Shown: piece after piece, positions 46,201 to 54,897 of the stretch
Layout: every line of letters starts with the position of its first letter
How positions within the stretch are numbered: position 1 is the stretch's first letter
Assembly (NCBI GenBank): GCA_035343375.1
Contig: DAOQYW010000011.1
Coordinates: 1,178-65,177, forward strand
Length of the DNA stretch: 64,000 nt
From: Bacteroidales bacterium
GTDB taxonomy: Bacteria; Bacteroidota; Bacteroidia; Bacteroidales; ML635J-15
Reading direction: 5' to 3'
Notes under the pieces: generated by a model
The model's input: the letters and a program-made list of their open reading frames with translations, nothing else
What the model was told of the DNA's origin: nothing
The model's database searches: none
Position numbers and translations under genes: made by a program

Positions 46201-47745
46201 ATTACAGAACCTACACAATTAACTTATACATATACAACAGAACCGGCAACATGTAATGGTTATGATGACGGAGAAGCTAGTATTTTTGTACAAGGAGGGG
46301 TTCCACCTTATACATATCTCTGGCCAAACGGTCATGATGAATCAACAATAAATACTTATGCTGGCACATATACAGTAACTGTATTGGACGATCATTTATG
46401 CAGAATTACAGCTCCATTTACTATTGAGCAACCCGATGCCATTTATGTATTACCTGTTGGAAACCGCACAATATGTCAGGGACAATCAGCAACATTGACT
46501 TCCCAGGCAACAGGTGGAACTCCATATTATGATTTTCATTGGAGCGGAAATGATGGAAGCGTGTATAATTCAAATCTTTATGTTGTTAGTCCAACTCAGA
46601 ATACGATTTACACTCTTGTTGTAACTGATTCTCACGGATGTTCAAGCTCTCCAGTTATATCTACTGTATATGTAAATCCGGATCTTGAGATTTTATCAGT
46701 AACAACGAGTAATGACACTATTTGTCCCGGAGATCCCGCAATTATTCATGTAGCTGTTCAAGGAGGAAACGGAGGACCTTATCTAATGACTTTACAAAAC
46801 GGTAATGTTGTTCCATCTCCTTTTAGTGTATATCCTGACTCTACAACAATGTATTATATTCAACTTGCAGACATGTGTGGAACTCCTACTGTTGTTGATT
46901 CAATTTTAATAAATGTAAGACCAAAACCATCAAATGTCTTTGTCGCTGAAGATATTGCTGGTTGTCCTCCATTTGCAGCTCAATTCTATGAGCAATCTCC
47001 TGATTTAGCACAAACATATTTATGGGATTTTGGGGATAATGGATTTGCAACATCTAAAAGCCCAATTCATATTTATGAAAATCCTGGCGTGTACTCTGTA
47101 AGCCTTGAGGTCAGAGATTTCTTTGGTTGCAAACATGAAAGGACAGTAGATAATATGATTACTATCTACCAAAGTCCAACTGCAAACTTCAGCGCTAGTC
47201 CAGAAATTGTTTCCATGCTTGCTCCCGAAGTAGAATTCACAAATTATTCGCTAGATGCCATCAATAATTATTGGTATTTTGGTGATGGAGATAGCTCTTT
47301 GTTTGTTAACCCACGCCACATGTATCCAAGTATTGGAGAATATGAAATAACTTTAATTGTAGAAAGCATTAACGATTGTACAGACACTACCACAAGATCA
47401 ATTATTGTACAAAATGAATTTGCATTTTATATGCCTACATCATTTACTCCAAACGGAGATGGAATGAACGACTGTATGAGGCCTTGTGGTAATGGTATTG
47501 ATAAAAACAATTTCAAAATGCTTATTTATGACAGATGGGGTAATTTAGTTTTTGAAACAGACGAGTTTGATCCAGACGTTGCTTGTGATGCATGTAGCGA
47601 AGGTGCTTGGGACGGAACTGATAACGGAAGTAGAGCAAAAGGAGATGAAATATTACCGAATGGTTTATATCATTGGTATTGTGAATTTAAAGACTGGAAT
47701 GGTACCATATTTAATGAACAAGGGACTGTAACACTAATAAGATAA
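43201..47745 (+). CDS. Giant T9SS cargo/adhesin-like protein: CUB-like + PKD-like + P-domain-like + Cys-repeat array + 2 PKD + type B CTD
   Basis: 1514 aa. Signal peptide. CUB-like at aa 35-138 (CTGTIYDSGGASGQYQNY...YDYLYIYDG...FSSDVSSTFSGFQIAIAC). P-domain-like at aa about 300-455 (IEHSWVADVWIYIQCPNG...INGEWCVVIIDDWGSDDGTLFAVSMNF). Seven roughly 75-80-aa Cys repeats at aa about 705-1240. PKD motifs YLWDFGDNG and YWYFGDGDS. C-terminus FTPNGDGMNDCMRP...IYDRWGNLVF...WDGTDNG...LPNGLYHWYC matches the type B sorting domain (gliding-motility-associated C-terminal domain). Confidence 0.85.
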   Translation: MKNFIIIFLLFVTYTVSGQTYLMNSTTNGTTINTCTGTIYDSGGASGQYQNYEDYVFTICSNTGSTVELTITSFATENNYDYLYIYDGTNTSAPLIISSSGSPGIQGQIFESTGTCITLRFSSDVSSTFSGFQIAIACGIPCLDYSIDLVSTNPTVTNTDSLWIDICLGESITFTSQGTYPNSGNGYTQSDATTDWYWSVSSSGAPAEFNGVGMTNFTYTFDESGGFFIDLYAIDANGCIETYDEQFRVRVSIPPSFSNITQDQTIVCPGEDVNFTGDVTTNSWVMSITDTQVVQECITDDQGVTQSFCWNVNAFQPGQEIESGDELESVCMNIEHSWVADVWIYIQCPNGQQAEINYYSTSNPCSGDEFGNPDELDNCNPGVGYDYCWTMDATQCHTDWCDDIGGIIPSGDYLPTGDFNDLVGCPINGEWCVVIIDDWGSDDGTLFAVSMNFDNSILPVDTWSMSHTYDSNDMTWSGDGINPNSGGTATANPTTPGDQTYTFSVVDDFGCQYDTTLTVHVRNFDDALCCEYPTTSAGTDAHVCTDTYTFNATLGTGNTGTWSVISGPGTVSWANQNSPHATATVDTWGVYEFEWTEQHLTPTCSNSDQVIVEFYPVPTTTFTYDPILCNGDHSIITYIGNVDATATYNWDFDGATIVSGSGQGPYEIYWTSGGTHYMALQVSANGCDSPDTLVNIINPALLTHTLEVFDDPCFQSCNGRAEINVTGGTTPYDYSWSASSSVLANVCAGDYSITVIDANGCTTGEDFTINQPPELVINDISFTHLTCYQSDDGTITVDAAGGTGTIYYIWSDIGNGLSSRTGLIAGNYCVTVQDDNGCTLMECIDITQPDELVVVTSSNVAICEGTQTVLQATAMGGTPAYTYLWDQGEGYNPASSSLTLTPDTTTTYYVSVTDANGCESNIATIVVTVSPEMVIDSIILQHNRCYNSCDGRAEIVMHGGLYPLQYSWGSPNHIYDGLCEGIYTVTVTDLIGCTVSDMFIITEPTQLTYTYTTEPATCNGYDDGEASIFVQGGVPPYTYLWPNGHDESTINTYAGTYTVTVLDDHLCRITAPFTIEQPDAIYVLPVGNRTICQGQSATLTSQATGGTPYYDFHWSGNDGSVYNSNLYVVSPTQNTIYTLVVTDSHGCSSSPVISTVYVNPDLEILSVTTSNDTICPGDPAIIHVAVQGGNGGPYLMTLQNGNVVPSPFSVYPDSTTMYYIQLADMCGTPTVVDSILINVRPKPSNVFVAEDIAGCPPFAAQFYEQSPDLAQTYLWDFGDNGFATSKSPIHIYENPGVYSVSLEVRDFFGCKHERTVDNMITIYQSPTANFSASPEIVSMLAPEVEFTNYSLDAINNYWYFGDGDSSLFVNPRHMYPSIGEYEITLIVESINDCTDTTTRSIIVQNEFAFYMPTSFTPNGDGMNDCMRPCGNGIDKNNFKMLIYDRWGNLVFETDEFDPDVACDACSEGAWDGTDNGSRAKGDEILPNGLYHWYCEFKDWNGTIFNEQGTVTLIR
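45313..46920 (+). repeat. Protein-level tandem array of about 75-80-aa Cys repeats in two flavours (pattern A-A-B-A-A-B-B)
   Basis: A-type repeats: C-x(2-4)-[DN]-G-x-[AI]...GG-x-x-P-Y-x-Y-x-W...Y-x-V-T-V-x-D-x-x-G-C (SprB-repeat-like), starting near aa 712, 786, 945 and 1018. B-type repeats: ICxG....L.A.A.GGTP.Y.[FY].W...Y.V.VTD..GC, starting near aa 862, 1091 and 1174. Confidence 0.75.
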
Positions 47746-47779
47746 AAAAAAAGCTGCAATAAAATGCAGCTTTTTTTTT
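47744..47779. terminator. Bidirectional intrinsic terminator
   Basis: AAAAAAAAAGCTGCA-ATAAAA-TGCAGCTTTTTTTTT. An 8-bp stem is flanked by A- and T-tracts, and it abuts the stop of the convergent gene at 47778. Confidence 0.75.
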
Positions 47780-48293
47780 AATACAATTGCTTTATCTCAT
47801 TTTTAATAAAATCTATAGCTTCTTGAGTCGGTGATTTCTCAATTTCGATAAGCTTTTCAAAAATTACTTGACTATATTTAATCGCATTTTCATTCTGATC
47901 CATTCCATCAAGACACATATTCAACAATTTAACTGTCTTTTCTTTTGCATTTCTTATTTGTTCCCATGCATCAACTGACAAGTATAATTGTTGGGATAAA
48001 TTATGTTCAAACTCACTACGAATTAAAACCAACATTTCTTTATGAAGTTGTTGAACAGTCATATTCGGAGTTTGTAATCTCATAATTACTGAATTTGGGG
48101 AAATTCTCTCAAGAAAAAGAATTATTCTCTCATAAGCTTGCAATCTCAAAGGAGTAATTATCTTTTGGTTTTGTAGAACTATCTGCAAACGACGATTTTC
48201 ATTTTCTTTCTGTAAAACTGTCTTTAAAACAAATAAAGCTGTAAAAAATACAACCAATGAAGGGATGGTAATTTTCAAAATTTCTGTTAACAT
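47778..48293 (-). CDS. Hypothetical protein with N-terminal TM anchor
   Basis: 171 aa. N-terminal helix ITIPSLVVFFTALFVL, then a helical soluble region. I recognise no family motif. Confidence 0.45.
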   Translation of the reverse strand: MLTEILKITIPSLVVFFTALFVLKTVLQKENENRRLQIVLQNQKIITPLRLQAYERIILFLERISPNSVIMRLQTPNMTVQQLHKEMLVLIRSEFEHNLSQQLYLSVDAWEQIRNAKEKTVKLLNMCLDGMDQNENAIKYSQVIFEKLIEIEKSPTQEAIDFIKNEIKQLY

Positions 48294-48382
48294 ATAATTT
48301 TTTTTTAGTTTATGTTTTACAATATTATATAATTAAAATTTATGATGTTATCTTAGCAAATAAAATTTTATAAACAATTAGT

Positions 48383-49576
48383 ATGGAAAAAGTATCAGAC
48401 AGATTAAACAAAATGGCTGTTTCAGCAACTCTTGCAATGGCTCAAAAAAGCAGAGACCTTCAAGCTCAAGGGGTTGATATAATAAATCTTAGCATAGGAG
48501 AACCAGATTTTGACACTCCAGAACATATAAAAGAAGCTGCAAAAAAAGCAATTGATGATAATTTTACTCATTACCCACCTGTTCCCGGATATGATTCTTT
48601 AAGAAAAGCTATTGTCAACAAGTTCAAAAGGGAGAACAATTTAGATTATTCTGTTGATCAAATCGTTGTTTCTACAGGAGCAAAACATTCTATTATCAAT
48701 GTTTTTCTATCCATATTAAATCCAGGTGATGAAGTTATAGTACCAGCACCTTATTGGGTAAGCTACGTTGATATGGTAGGACTTGCAGAAGGCATACCTG
48801 TTGTAATAAAATGTGACATTAATTCGGATTTTAAAATGACTGCAACTCAATTAGAATCTGCAATTACTACCAAAACCAGAGCGATAATTTTTAGTTCTCC
48901 ATCTAATCCTACTGGAAACCTTTATTCTAAAGAAGAATTAAAAAATCTAGCATCAGTAATTTCAAAACATCCAAATATTATTGTTTTATCTGATGAAATA
49001 TATGAACATATTAACTTTGTAGGAAAACACGAAAGCATTGCTCAATTCTCGGAAATAAAAGACAGAGTTGTTGTTGTAAATGGAGTATCAAAAGGATATG
49101 CTATGACAGGTTGGAGAATAGGATATATCGGAGCTCCAGCATGGATTGCAAAAGCAGTCACAAAATTACAAGGACAGTTTACTTCGGGTGCATGTACAAT
49201 TGCACAAAAGGCTGCAGAAGCTGCATTAAATGCTGGTTCTGAACAATGCAAAGAAATGACAGCAATTTTCAAAAAACGTAGAGATATTGTTCTTAACTTT
49301 ATGAAAGATATCCCTGGTTTTAAAACAAATCTACCTGAAGGTGCTTTCTATGTATTCCCTGAAGTATCGTATTTCTTCGATAAAAAATATGAAAACTATA
49401 CTATAAAAGATTCCAACGATTTGGCTCTATACCTTCTCGACAAAGGACATGTAGCAACTGTTGGCGGAACGGCTTTCGGTTCTCCGGAATGTCTTAGGTT
49501 TTCTTATGCTACTAGTGAAGAGCTGATGCTAGAAGCCCTAAATCGCATTAAAAATGCATTGGCTCTACTGAAATAA
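48383..49576 (+). CDS. PLP-dependent aminotransferase, class I (aspartate aminotransferase-like)
   Basis: 397 aa. NLSIGEPDFDTP, SPSNPTG, and PLP-lysine region NGVSKGYAMTGWRIGY. Confidence 0.9.
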   Translation: MEKVSDRLNKMAVSATLAMAQKSRDLQAQGVDIINLSIGEPDFDTPEHIKEAAKKAIDDNFTHYPPVPGYDSLRKAIVNKFKRENNLDYSVDQIVVSTGAKHSIINVFLSILNPGDEVIVPAPYWVSYVDMVGLAEGIPVVIKCDINSDFKMTATQLESAITTKTRAIIFSSPSNPTGNLYSKEELKNLASVISKHPNIIVLSDEIYEHINFVGKHESIAQFSEIKDRVVVVNGVSKGYAMTGWRIGYIGAPAWIAKAVTKLQGQFTSGACTIAQKAAEAALNAGSEQCKEMTAIFKKRRDIVLNFMKDIPGFKTNLPEGAFYVFPEVSYFFDKKYENYTIKDSNDLALYLLDKGHVATVGGTAFGSPECLRFSYATSEELMLEALNRIKNALALLK

Positions 49577-49598
49577 TTCTCTTTTATAGTTTTCAAAT

Positions 49599-49640
49599 AT
49601 AATCGGTTAATAAAGCATGTCATTAGCCGATTATTTTTAT
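49599..49640 (+). terminator. Intrinsic terminator after the aminotransferase gene
   Basis: ATAATCGGTTAAT-(10-nt loop)-ATTAGCCGATTAT, a 13-bp stem with one G-T wobble, followed by TTTTAT. Confidence 0.6.
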
Positions 49641-49661
49641 ATAAGTATTCCATTTTTTTAT

Positions 49662-49669
49662 TAAATTTG
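49662..49669 (+). promoter_or_regulatory. Candidate -7 box (TAAATTTG) for the propeller cargo gene
   Basis: Exact TAnnTTTG match 27 nt upstream of ATG 49697. The ORF-track TTG start (49667) lies inside this box, which argues for the downstream ATG. Confidence 0.35.
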
Positions 49670-49696
49670 CTTAATATAAAGTTAAATCTAAACAAC

Positions 49697-52600
49697 ATGA
49701 AAATACTGATTTTAATTTTCACATTCACATTTTTGTTTGTAAGTCTGAGATCACAAAACACTACTTACTATTCTTTCGAACAAGCTTTGATAAATGATAA
49801 TGTAAGAAGCATTGAAGAAGACATCAATGGTAATATCTGGGTTGGAACTATCAGTGGCATTACTGTTTTTGATGGCATCAATTTTACTTCGTATACAACA
49901 GCTGACGGGTTGGGTGGTAATATTGTATATGACATTTGTGCTCATTCATCCGGAGATGTTTATGCTGCCACTTCAGGCGGACTTTCAAAATTTAACGGAG
50001 CTACATGGACAAATATGACTACGGGAGATGGATTACCATCAAATATTATCTGGTGTGTAGAAGAAGATAATTACGGGAATAATTGGATTGGGACCTCTAA
50101 TATGGGAGTAGCATATTATGATGGGTTAACTTGGACAGCATATAACACAGACAATGGGCTTGTTTCTAACGGGGTTAAAACAATTCTTGTTGACAGAAGT
50201 GATAATGTTTGGTTTGGAACCGGTAACGGACTATCTGTATATAATGGAAGTTCATTTAAAACTCACAATACCACTACCGGTTTACCAGGATTATTGGTTA
50301 ATGAAATTATTCAATTGTATAATGGGAATATTGCTGTTGCAACAAATGGTGGTATTGGAATATACAATTATCATGAATGGGAATCAATTACGACAACTGA
50401 AGGTCTGCCGACGGCTAATGTATTAAGTTTACGAGAGGATTATAATCAAAATCTTTGGATTGGGTCAGCTGCCGGATTAACTAAATATAACGGGACTAGT
50501 TTTGAAACATATACTTATAACGATGGATTGACTAATACTATAGTTAGTAAACACATTATAACACATGCCGGAGAAAACAAAATATGGTGTGGATCTCCTT
50601 TTAACGGTATTTCAGTTTATGATTTTGAGAATGATTTTATTATCTACCGTACAAACCGAAATCTTGTAAGTGATGAAATCACCACAATTTATACAGATTA
50701 TGATGATATTACATGGGTAGGTACAACTGCCGGTTTAAACAAAATAGATGACCAACACTGGAGAACATTTACAGCTCTTGATGGTTTATCAAATGATGAA
50801 ATAACAGCTATTCACAAAGATATAAATGGAAATGTTTGGGTTGGTACGGTAGATGGGTTAAATAAAATTAATGGTGGAACAATTACACAAATAAATACCG
50901 GTGAAGGTCTGACAAACTCGTATGTGAATAGTATAACATCAGATAATACGGGTATCGTTTATGTCTCCACACAAAATAAAGTAACAATTATTACAGCAGG
51001 GGTTGTTTCAGGTGAGATTAGCACTACTGACGGATTGATTGATAACAATGTTGATGAGATCCATTTTGAAAACGGAAGACTTTGGTTTATTATGAATACT
51101 GCAATACAGTTTTACGAAAGTGCCATATTTACTGACGCTACGTTATCTGGATGTGCAGAATCTCAAGATTTTGCAGGAGCAAAATGCCTAAATAACACAA
51201 CCGGACAATATTTTGGGACAGACTATACATTAAGATATTTTGAGGATGGTTTAACTATTTCTAATTGTGTACTACACCCATACTCAGGTACAGCGAACAT
51301 GGGATCAATAGTTGAAATTCCTACAGGTATTGTCTGTTCATTCGAGAATGGAGAAGTCCAGTTATATAATGGCATTTGGGTACCATATCCTGTTTCTTTT
51401 GATGTATCTTTTCTTTCAACTTCATTTGATGATAATTATCTTTGGGTTGGCTCAACAGACCAAGGTTTAGCAAAAATATGTCTTAACTGCACATCAGATA
51501 TTACTGCTGATTTAACCTCCCCAAGTTGTCACGAGACAAACGATGGAACTATTGACATTACTTCTCCTGCAGGGACATCTTATTCCGTTGATAATGGTGA
51601 AAATTGGCAAGCTTCAGCAATATTTAATTCACAGTCGGGTGGACTCAAACATATCTTAATAAAAAATGCGTTAGGTAATATTATTGCTGATTCTGTGATT
51701 TATTTACCATATTATGACCTAATTAGTGATGCGAATATTACCATTACACAAATCCTTTGTAATGGAAATAATTCAGGGGAAATTGTTCTGGAATATAGTA
51801 ATTCTGGTTCACACATTTGGGAAAATGCTAACACAGTATTATATGAACGTACAAATCTAGAATCAGGAATATATAGTGTAACTATTTATGATTCAGGCTC
51901 ATGCTCAAGAATTTTGTCAAACGAAATTATCGAACCGGAAGCGCTGGATATAGATCTAAGCAATACTAATATAACATGTTTCGATGATGCGGACGGGCAA
52001 ATCGTTTTATCAGTAAGTGGGGGAACTATTCCATATACATACAATTGGAGTAATTCAGAAACCACAAGCACTATTTCGAATCTTGAGCCTAGTAGTTACT
52101 TGTACACAGTAACTGATGGAAATGGGTGCACTGAAACAGGCTCCCAGGAAATTATTCAACCTGATGAATTAATTATTTCTCAAACTATTACACATAACAG
52201 CTGCTATGGTGACTTAAGCGGGATTATTGATATTACTATTATAGGAGGCATTACACCTTACGAAATTACGTGGGATGATGACACATATGTAAATGGAGTG
52301 TTTGATATTATTAATGCTCCTGCAGGATTTTATAATGTAACAGTTAGTGATGATCATAATTGCTCAACTTCTGCATCTTATGAGATTACAGAACCTGAAG
52401 GCATTGATATTATTTCCGAAGATTTGCTTCATGTTCATTGTTTTGGAGAATCAACCGGAGAGATTGATATTGAAGTTTCGGGAGGTGTAGGTACATTAAG
52501 CTATGAATGGGTTAAAGAAGGTGTCGGAGGTATTTTTTCAACAGATCAGGATATTCTAGATTTAAGCAGTGGCACTTATCATTTGACAATAACAGACGAA

Positions 52601-54163
52601 AACTATTGTGAGACATATTCAAGTTATCTGATTAATCAATCGCCATTACTTGATGTAAATATTACGATTACTCCTATAACCTGTGCAGGTTATGATGATG
52701 GAGAGCTACTCGCTGCTGCAACAGGTGGAACCGGAATATACAGTGCATATTATTGGTATAATGATAATGATGAAATAATAGGTGTTAACCCTCACATTAC
52801 CGGACTTACAGGCGGAGATTATTATATAATCTGCAGAGATAGTTATTACTGTTACGACACGGCTTATGCAACACTTACACAGGCTGTTCCACATGTTTAT
52901 GAGATTACTTCAACAGATATGACTTGTAACGGACTTGAAAACGGAACAATAACAGTTATTGTTGACGGAGGTTCCGGCTTAGGATATACTTTCAATTGGG
53001 AGGGTGGAATCGCAGGTAATACCAATATTGCTACTAATGTAGGTACCGGCACATGGTCAGTAACTGTTACAGATCCTACAGATTGTACAGAAATACTTGA
53101 AGAAACAGTGTCTGAACCAGAAATGCTTGATATCGGCTACTTTGATGAGTATGCCTATATATGTTATGGAAACACATTGATTCTAAATCCCGGAACATTT
53201 GTTTCTTACCATTGGAGTACCGGATCGACAAATCCAACAATCGAAGTTGAGAACGAAGATCTGTATTTTGTTGAAGTCGTTGATGCAACAGGTTGTCATT
53301 TGGGCGACACTGTATTTGTTGTAGTAAGCACAGTGTTCAACGATGAAGAGATAAATCTTGCAACTGTAACAGATGATGAAACAATTAAAATTATGTGGGA
53401 GAAAACGCCTAATCAGGGAACCGAATTATATAAGATATACCGTGATGCTGGGGACGGATTTGAATTTATCACTGATCTTGATTTTACAGAACCGGCTATT
53501 TATGAAGACTTCGACGTAAGTCCATCTGATCAATATTATAAATACCGTATAACTTCAGTAGATTCTTGTGGAGCAGAGAGTGATTATTCCGTCCACCACA
53601 GGACATGTTTATTAAATGTAGTTTCTGATAATAACGGAGTGTGTTATTTAAACTGGGCAGGATACCAGGGATTTTTTGTAGTGTACTATTTTATTATGAG
53701 TGGAGATAGTCCTGAAACTCTAGAAGTTGTTGACTCTGTTTTGTACAGCACATTCAATTATGTTGAAATGAACCCTGACGAAGATGGTACTTATTACAGA
53801 ATTAAAGTGCGCAGAATTGACGGTTGCTCACCGGGTGATGGGGAATATTACGACGAAGCTTATTCGAATATTGTATATTGTGATAATATCTCAGGAGTAG
53901 TAAATACTGTTATCAACGATCCTATGGCTTATCCAAATCCTTTCAATGATGAAATAAATATTGACTTCTTTTTAAATATTGGTGGTGAAGTTAAATACTC
54001 AATAGTGAATATGCTGGGACAATTTGTTTATGAAGAGACGATCTATAATGCAAATTCAGGAAATCAGACCATAAAACTAAATCCTGACATAGATGCCGGA
54101 ATATACATATTGAAACTAAGTTATGGGAATGAAATACATAATTTCAGAATTGTTAAGAATTAA
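49697..54163 (+). CDS. Giant T9SS cargo: Reg_prop beta-propeller repeats + Cys-repeat array + Fn3-like domains + type A CTD
   Basis: Start at MKILILIFTFTFLFVSLRSQ (signal peptide). About 11 units of roughly 42 aa (e.g. VRSIEEDINGNIWVGTISGITVFDG, IWCVEEDNYGNNWIGTSNMGVAYYDG), typical of two-component-regulator propeller repeats. Eight Cys repeats at track aa about 612-1220. An Fn3-like region (IKIMWEKTPNQGTELYKIYRD...YKYRITSVDSCG). C-terminus AYPNPFNDEINIDF...GIYILKLSYGNEIHNFRIVKN matches the type A Por secretion tail. Confidence 0.85.
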   Translation: MKILILIFTFTFLFVSLRSQNTTYYSFEQALINDNVRSIEEDINGNIWVGTISGITVFDGINFTSYTTADGLGGNIVYDICAHSSGDVYAATSGGLSKFNGATWTNMTTGDGLPSNIIWCVEEDNYGNNWIGTSNMGVAYYDGLTWTAYNTDNGLVSNGVKTILVDRSDNVWFGTGNGLSVYNGSSFKTHNTTTGLPGLLVNEIIQLYNGNIAVATNGGIGIYNYHEWESITTTEGLPTANVLSLREDYNQNLWIGSAAGLTKYNGTSFETYTYNDGLTNTIVSKHIITHAGENKIWCGSPFNGISVYDFENDFIIYRTNRNLVSDEITTIYTDYDDITWVGTTAGLNKIDDQHWRTFTALDGLSNDEITAIHKDINGNVWVGTVDGLNKINGGTITQINTGEGLTNSYVNSITSDNTGIVYVSTQNKVTIITAGVVSGEISTTDGLIDNNVDEIHFENGRLWFIMNTAIQFYESAIFTDATLSGCAESQDFAGAKCLNNTTGQYFGTDYTLRYFEDGLTISNCVLHPYSGTANMGSIVEIPTGIVCSFENGEVQLYNGIWVPYPVSFDVSFLSTSFDDNYLWVGSTDQGLAKICLNCTSDITADLTSPSCHETNDGTIDITSPAGTSYSVDNGENWQASAIFNSQSGGLKHILIKNALGNIIADSVIYLPYYDLISDANITITQILCNGNNSGEIVLEYSNSGSHIWENANTVLYERTNLESGIYSVTIYDSGSCSRILSNEIIEPEALDIDLSNTNITCFDDADGQIVLSVSGGTIPYTYNWSNSETTSTISNLEPSSYLYTVTDGNGCTETGSQEIIQPDELIISQTITHNSCYGDLSGIIDITIIGGITPYEITWDDDTYVNGVFDIINAPAGFYNVTVSDDHNCSTSASYEITEPEGIDIISEDLLHVHCFGESTGEIDIEVSGGVGTLSYEWVKEGVGGIFSTDQDILDLSSGTYHLTITDENYCETYSSYLINQSPLLDVNITITPITCAGYDDGELLAAATGGTGIYSAYYWYNDNDEIIGVNPHITGLTGGDYYIICRDSYYCYDTAYATLTQAVPHVYEITSTDMTCNGLENGTITVIVDGGSGLGYTFNWEGGIAGNTNIATNVGTGTWSVTVTDPTDCTEILEETVSEPEMLDIGYFDEYAYICYGNTLILNPGTFVSYHWSTGSTNPTIEVENEDLYFVEVVDATGCHLGDTVFVVVSTVFNDEEINLATVTDDETIKIMWEKTPNQGTELYKIYRDAGDGFEFITDLDFTEPAIYEDFDVSPSDQYYKYRITSVDSCGAESDYSVHHRTCLLNVVSDNNGVCYLNWAGYQGFFVVYYFIMSGDSPETLEVVDSVLYSTFNYVEMNPDEDGTYYRIKVRRIDGCSPGDGEYYDEAYSNIVYCDNISGVVNTVINDPMAYPNPFNDEINIDFFLNIGGEVKYSIVNMLGQFVYEETIYNANSGNQTIKLNPDIDAGIYILKLSYGNEIHNFRIVKN
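49799..51080 (+). repeat. About 11 tandem Reg_prop-type beta-propeller blades (roughly 42-aa period)
   Basis: Recurrent [IV]xxIxxDxxGNxW[IV]GTxxGLxxYNG units at track aa 46, 87, 128, 170, 211, 252, 293, 338, 379, 420 and 462. Confidence 0.75.
51500..53330 (+). repeat. Seven A-type plus one B-type Cys repeats, the same module family as in the 43201-47745 gene
   Basis: A-type units start at CHETNDGTI, CNGNNSGEI, CFDDADGQI, CYGDLSGII, CFGESTGEI, CAGYDDGEL and CNGLENGTI. The terminal unit is ICYGNTLILNPG...YHWSTGST...VVDATGC. Confidence 0.7.
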
Positions 54164-54174
54164 AGCATTAGTTT

Positions 54175-54897
54175 GTGCGATATAAAATTGAATTATGCTA
54201 TAAAGGAACAAATTACAGTGGTTGGCAAAGACAACCAAATGCACAAACTGTTCAGCAAATACTTGAAGATAGTATAAATCTCATTTTTAGAGATAGTGTC
54301 GAAATTACCGGCTGTGGTCGCACAGATGCAGGAGTTCATGCCAAATACTACATTGCTCATTTTGATTCCGAAAATAACTATAATTATATTTCAGTAAAAA
54401 AACTTAACAATTATCTGCCTGTAGATATAGCAATATTTGATATCACACCTGCAAGTGAAGATTTCCATGCAAGGTTTTCAGCTAAAAGTAGAACTTACGA
54501 ATATATTATTAGTACAAAAAAGAATCCATTTGATTATGGACTTTCATTATATCTTCCAAAACCGTTAAAACTTGATTTAATGAATGAGGCTCTTTTAAAA
54601 TTACTTGATTATAGCGATTTTACAAGTTTCAGCAAACTACATACAGATGTAAAGACTAATAACTGTAAAATTCTGAATGCCGGCATAAAAACTCAAGATG
54701 ATAAAATAATTATTTACATAACTGCAGACAGATTTTTACGAAATATGGTACGAGCAATAGTCGGTACATTAATCGAAGTAGGTCGGGGCAAATTAAACAT
54801 TTCTGATTTTTGTAAAATAATTGAATCCCGTAATCGTGGTAATGCAGGAAAATCTGTTCCGGCAGACGGTTTGTTTCTTGTAAATGTTGAGTATTAA
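54175..54897 (+). CDS. truA: tRNA pseudouridine(38-40) synthase TruA
   Basis: 240 aa, GTG start. RYKIELCYKGTNYSGWQRQ, catalytic GCGRTDAGVHA, and FLRNMVRAIVGTL. Confidence 0.9.
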   Translation: MRYKIELCYKGTNYSGWQRQPNAQTVQQILEDSINLIFRDSVEITGCGRTDAGVHAKYYIAHFDSENNYNYISVKKLNNYLPVDIAIFDITPASEDFHARFSAKSRTYEYIISTKKNPFDYGLSLYLPKPLKLDLMNEALLKLLDYSDFTSFSKLHTDVKTNNCKILNAGIKTQDDKIIIYITADRFLRNMVRAIVGTLIEVGRGKLNISDFCKIIESRNRGNAGKSVPADGLFLVNVEY

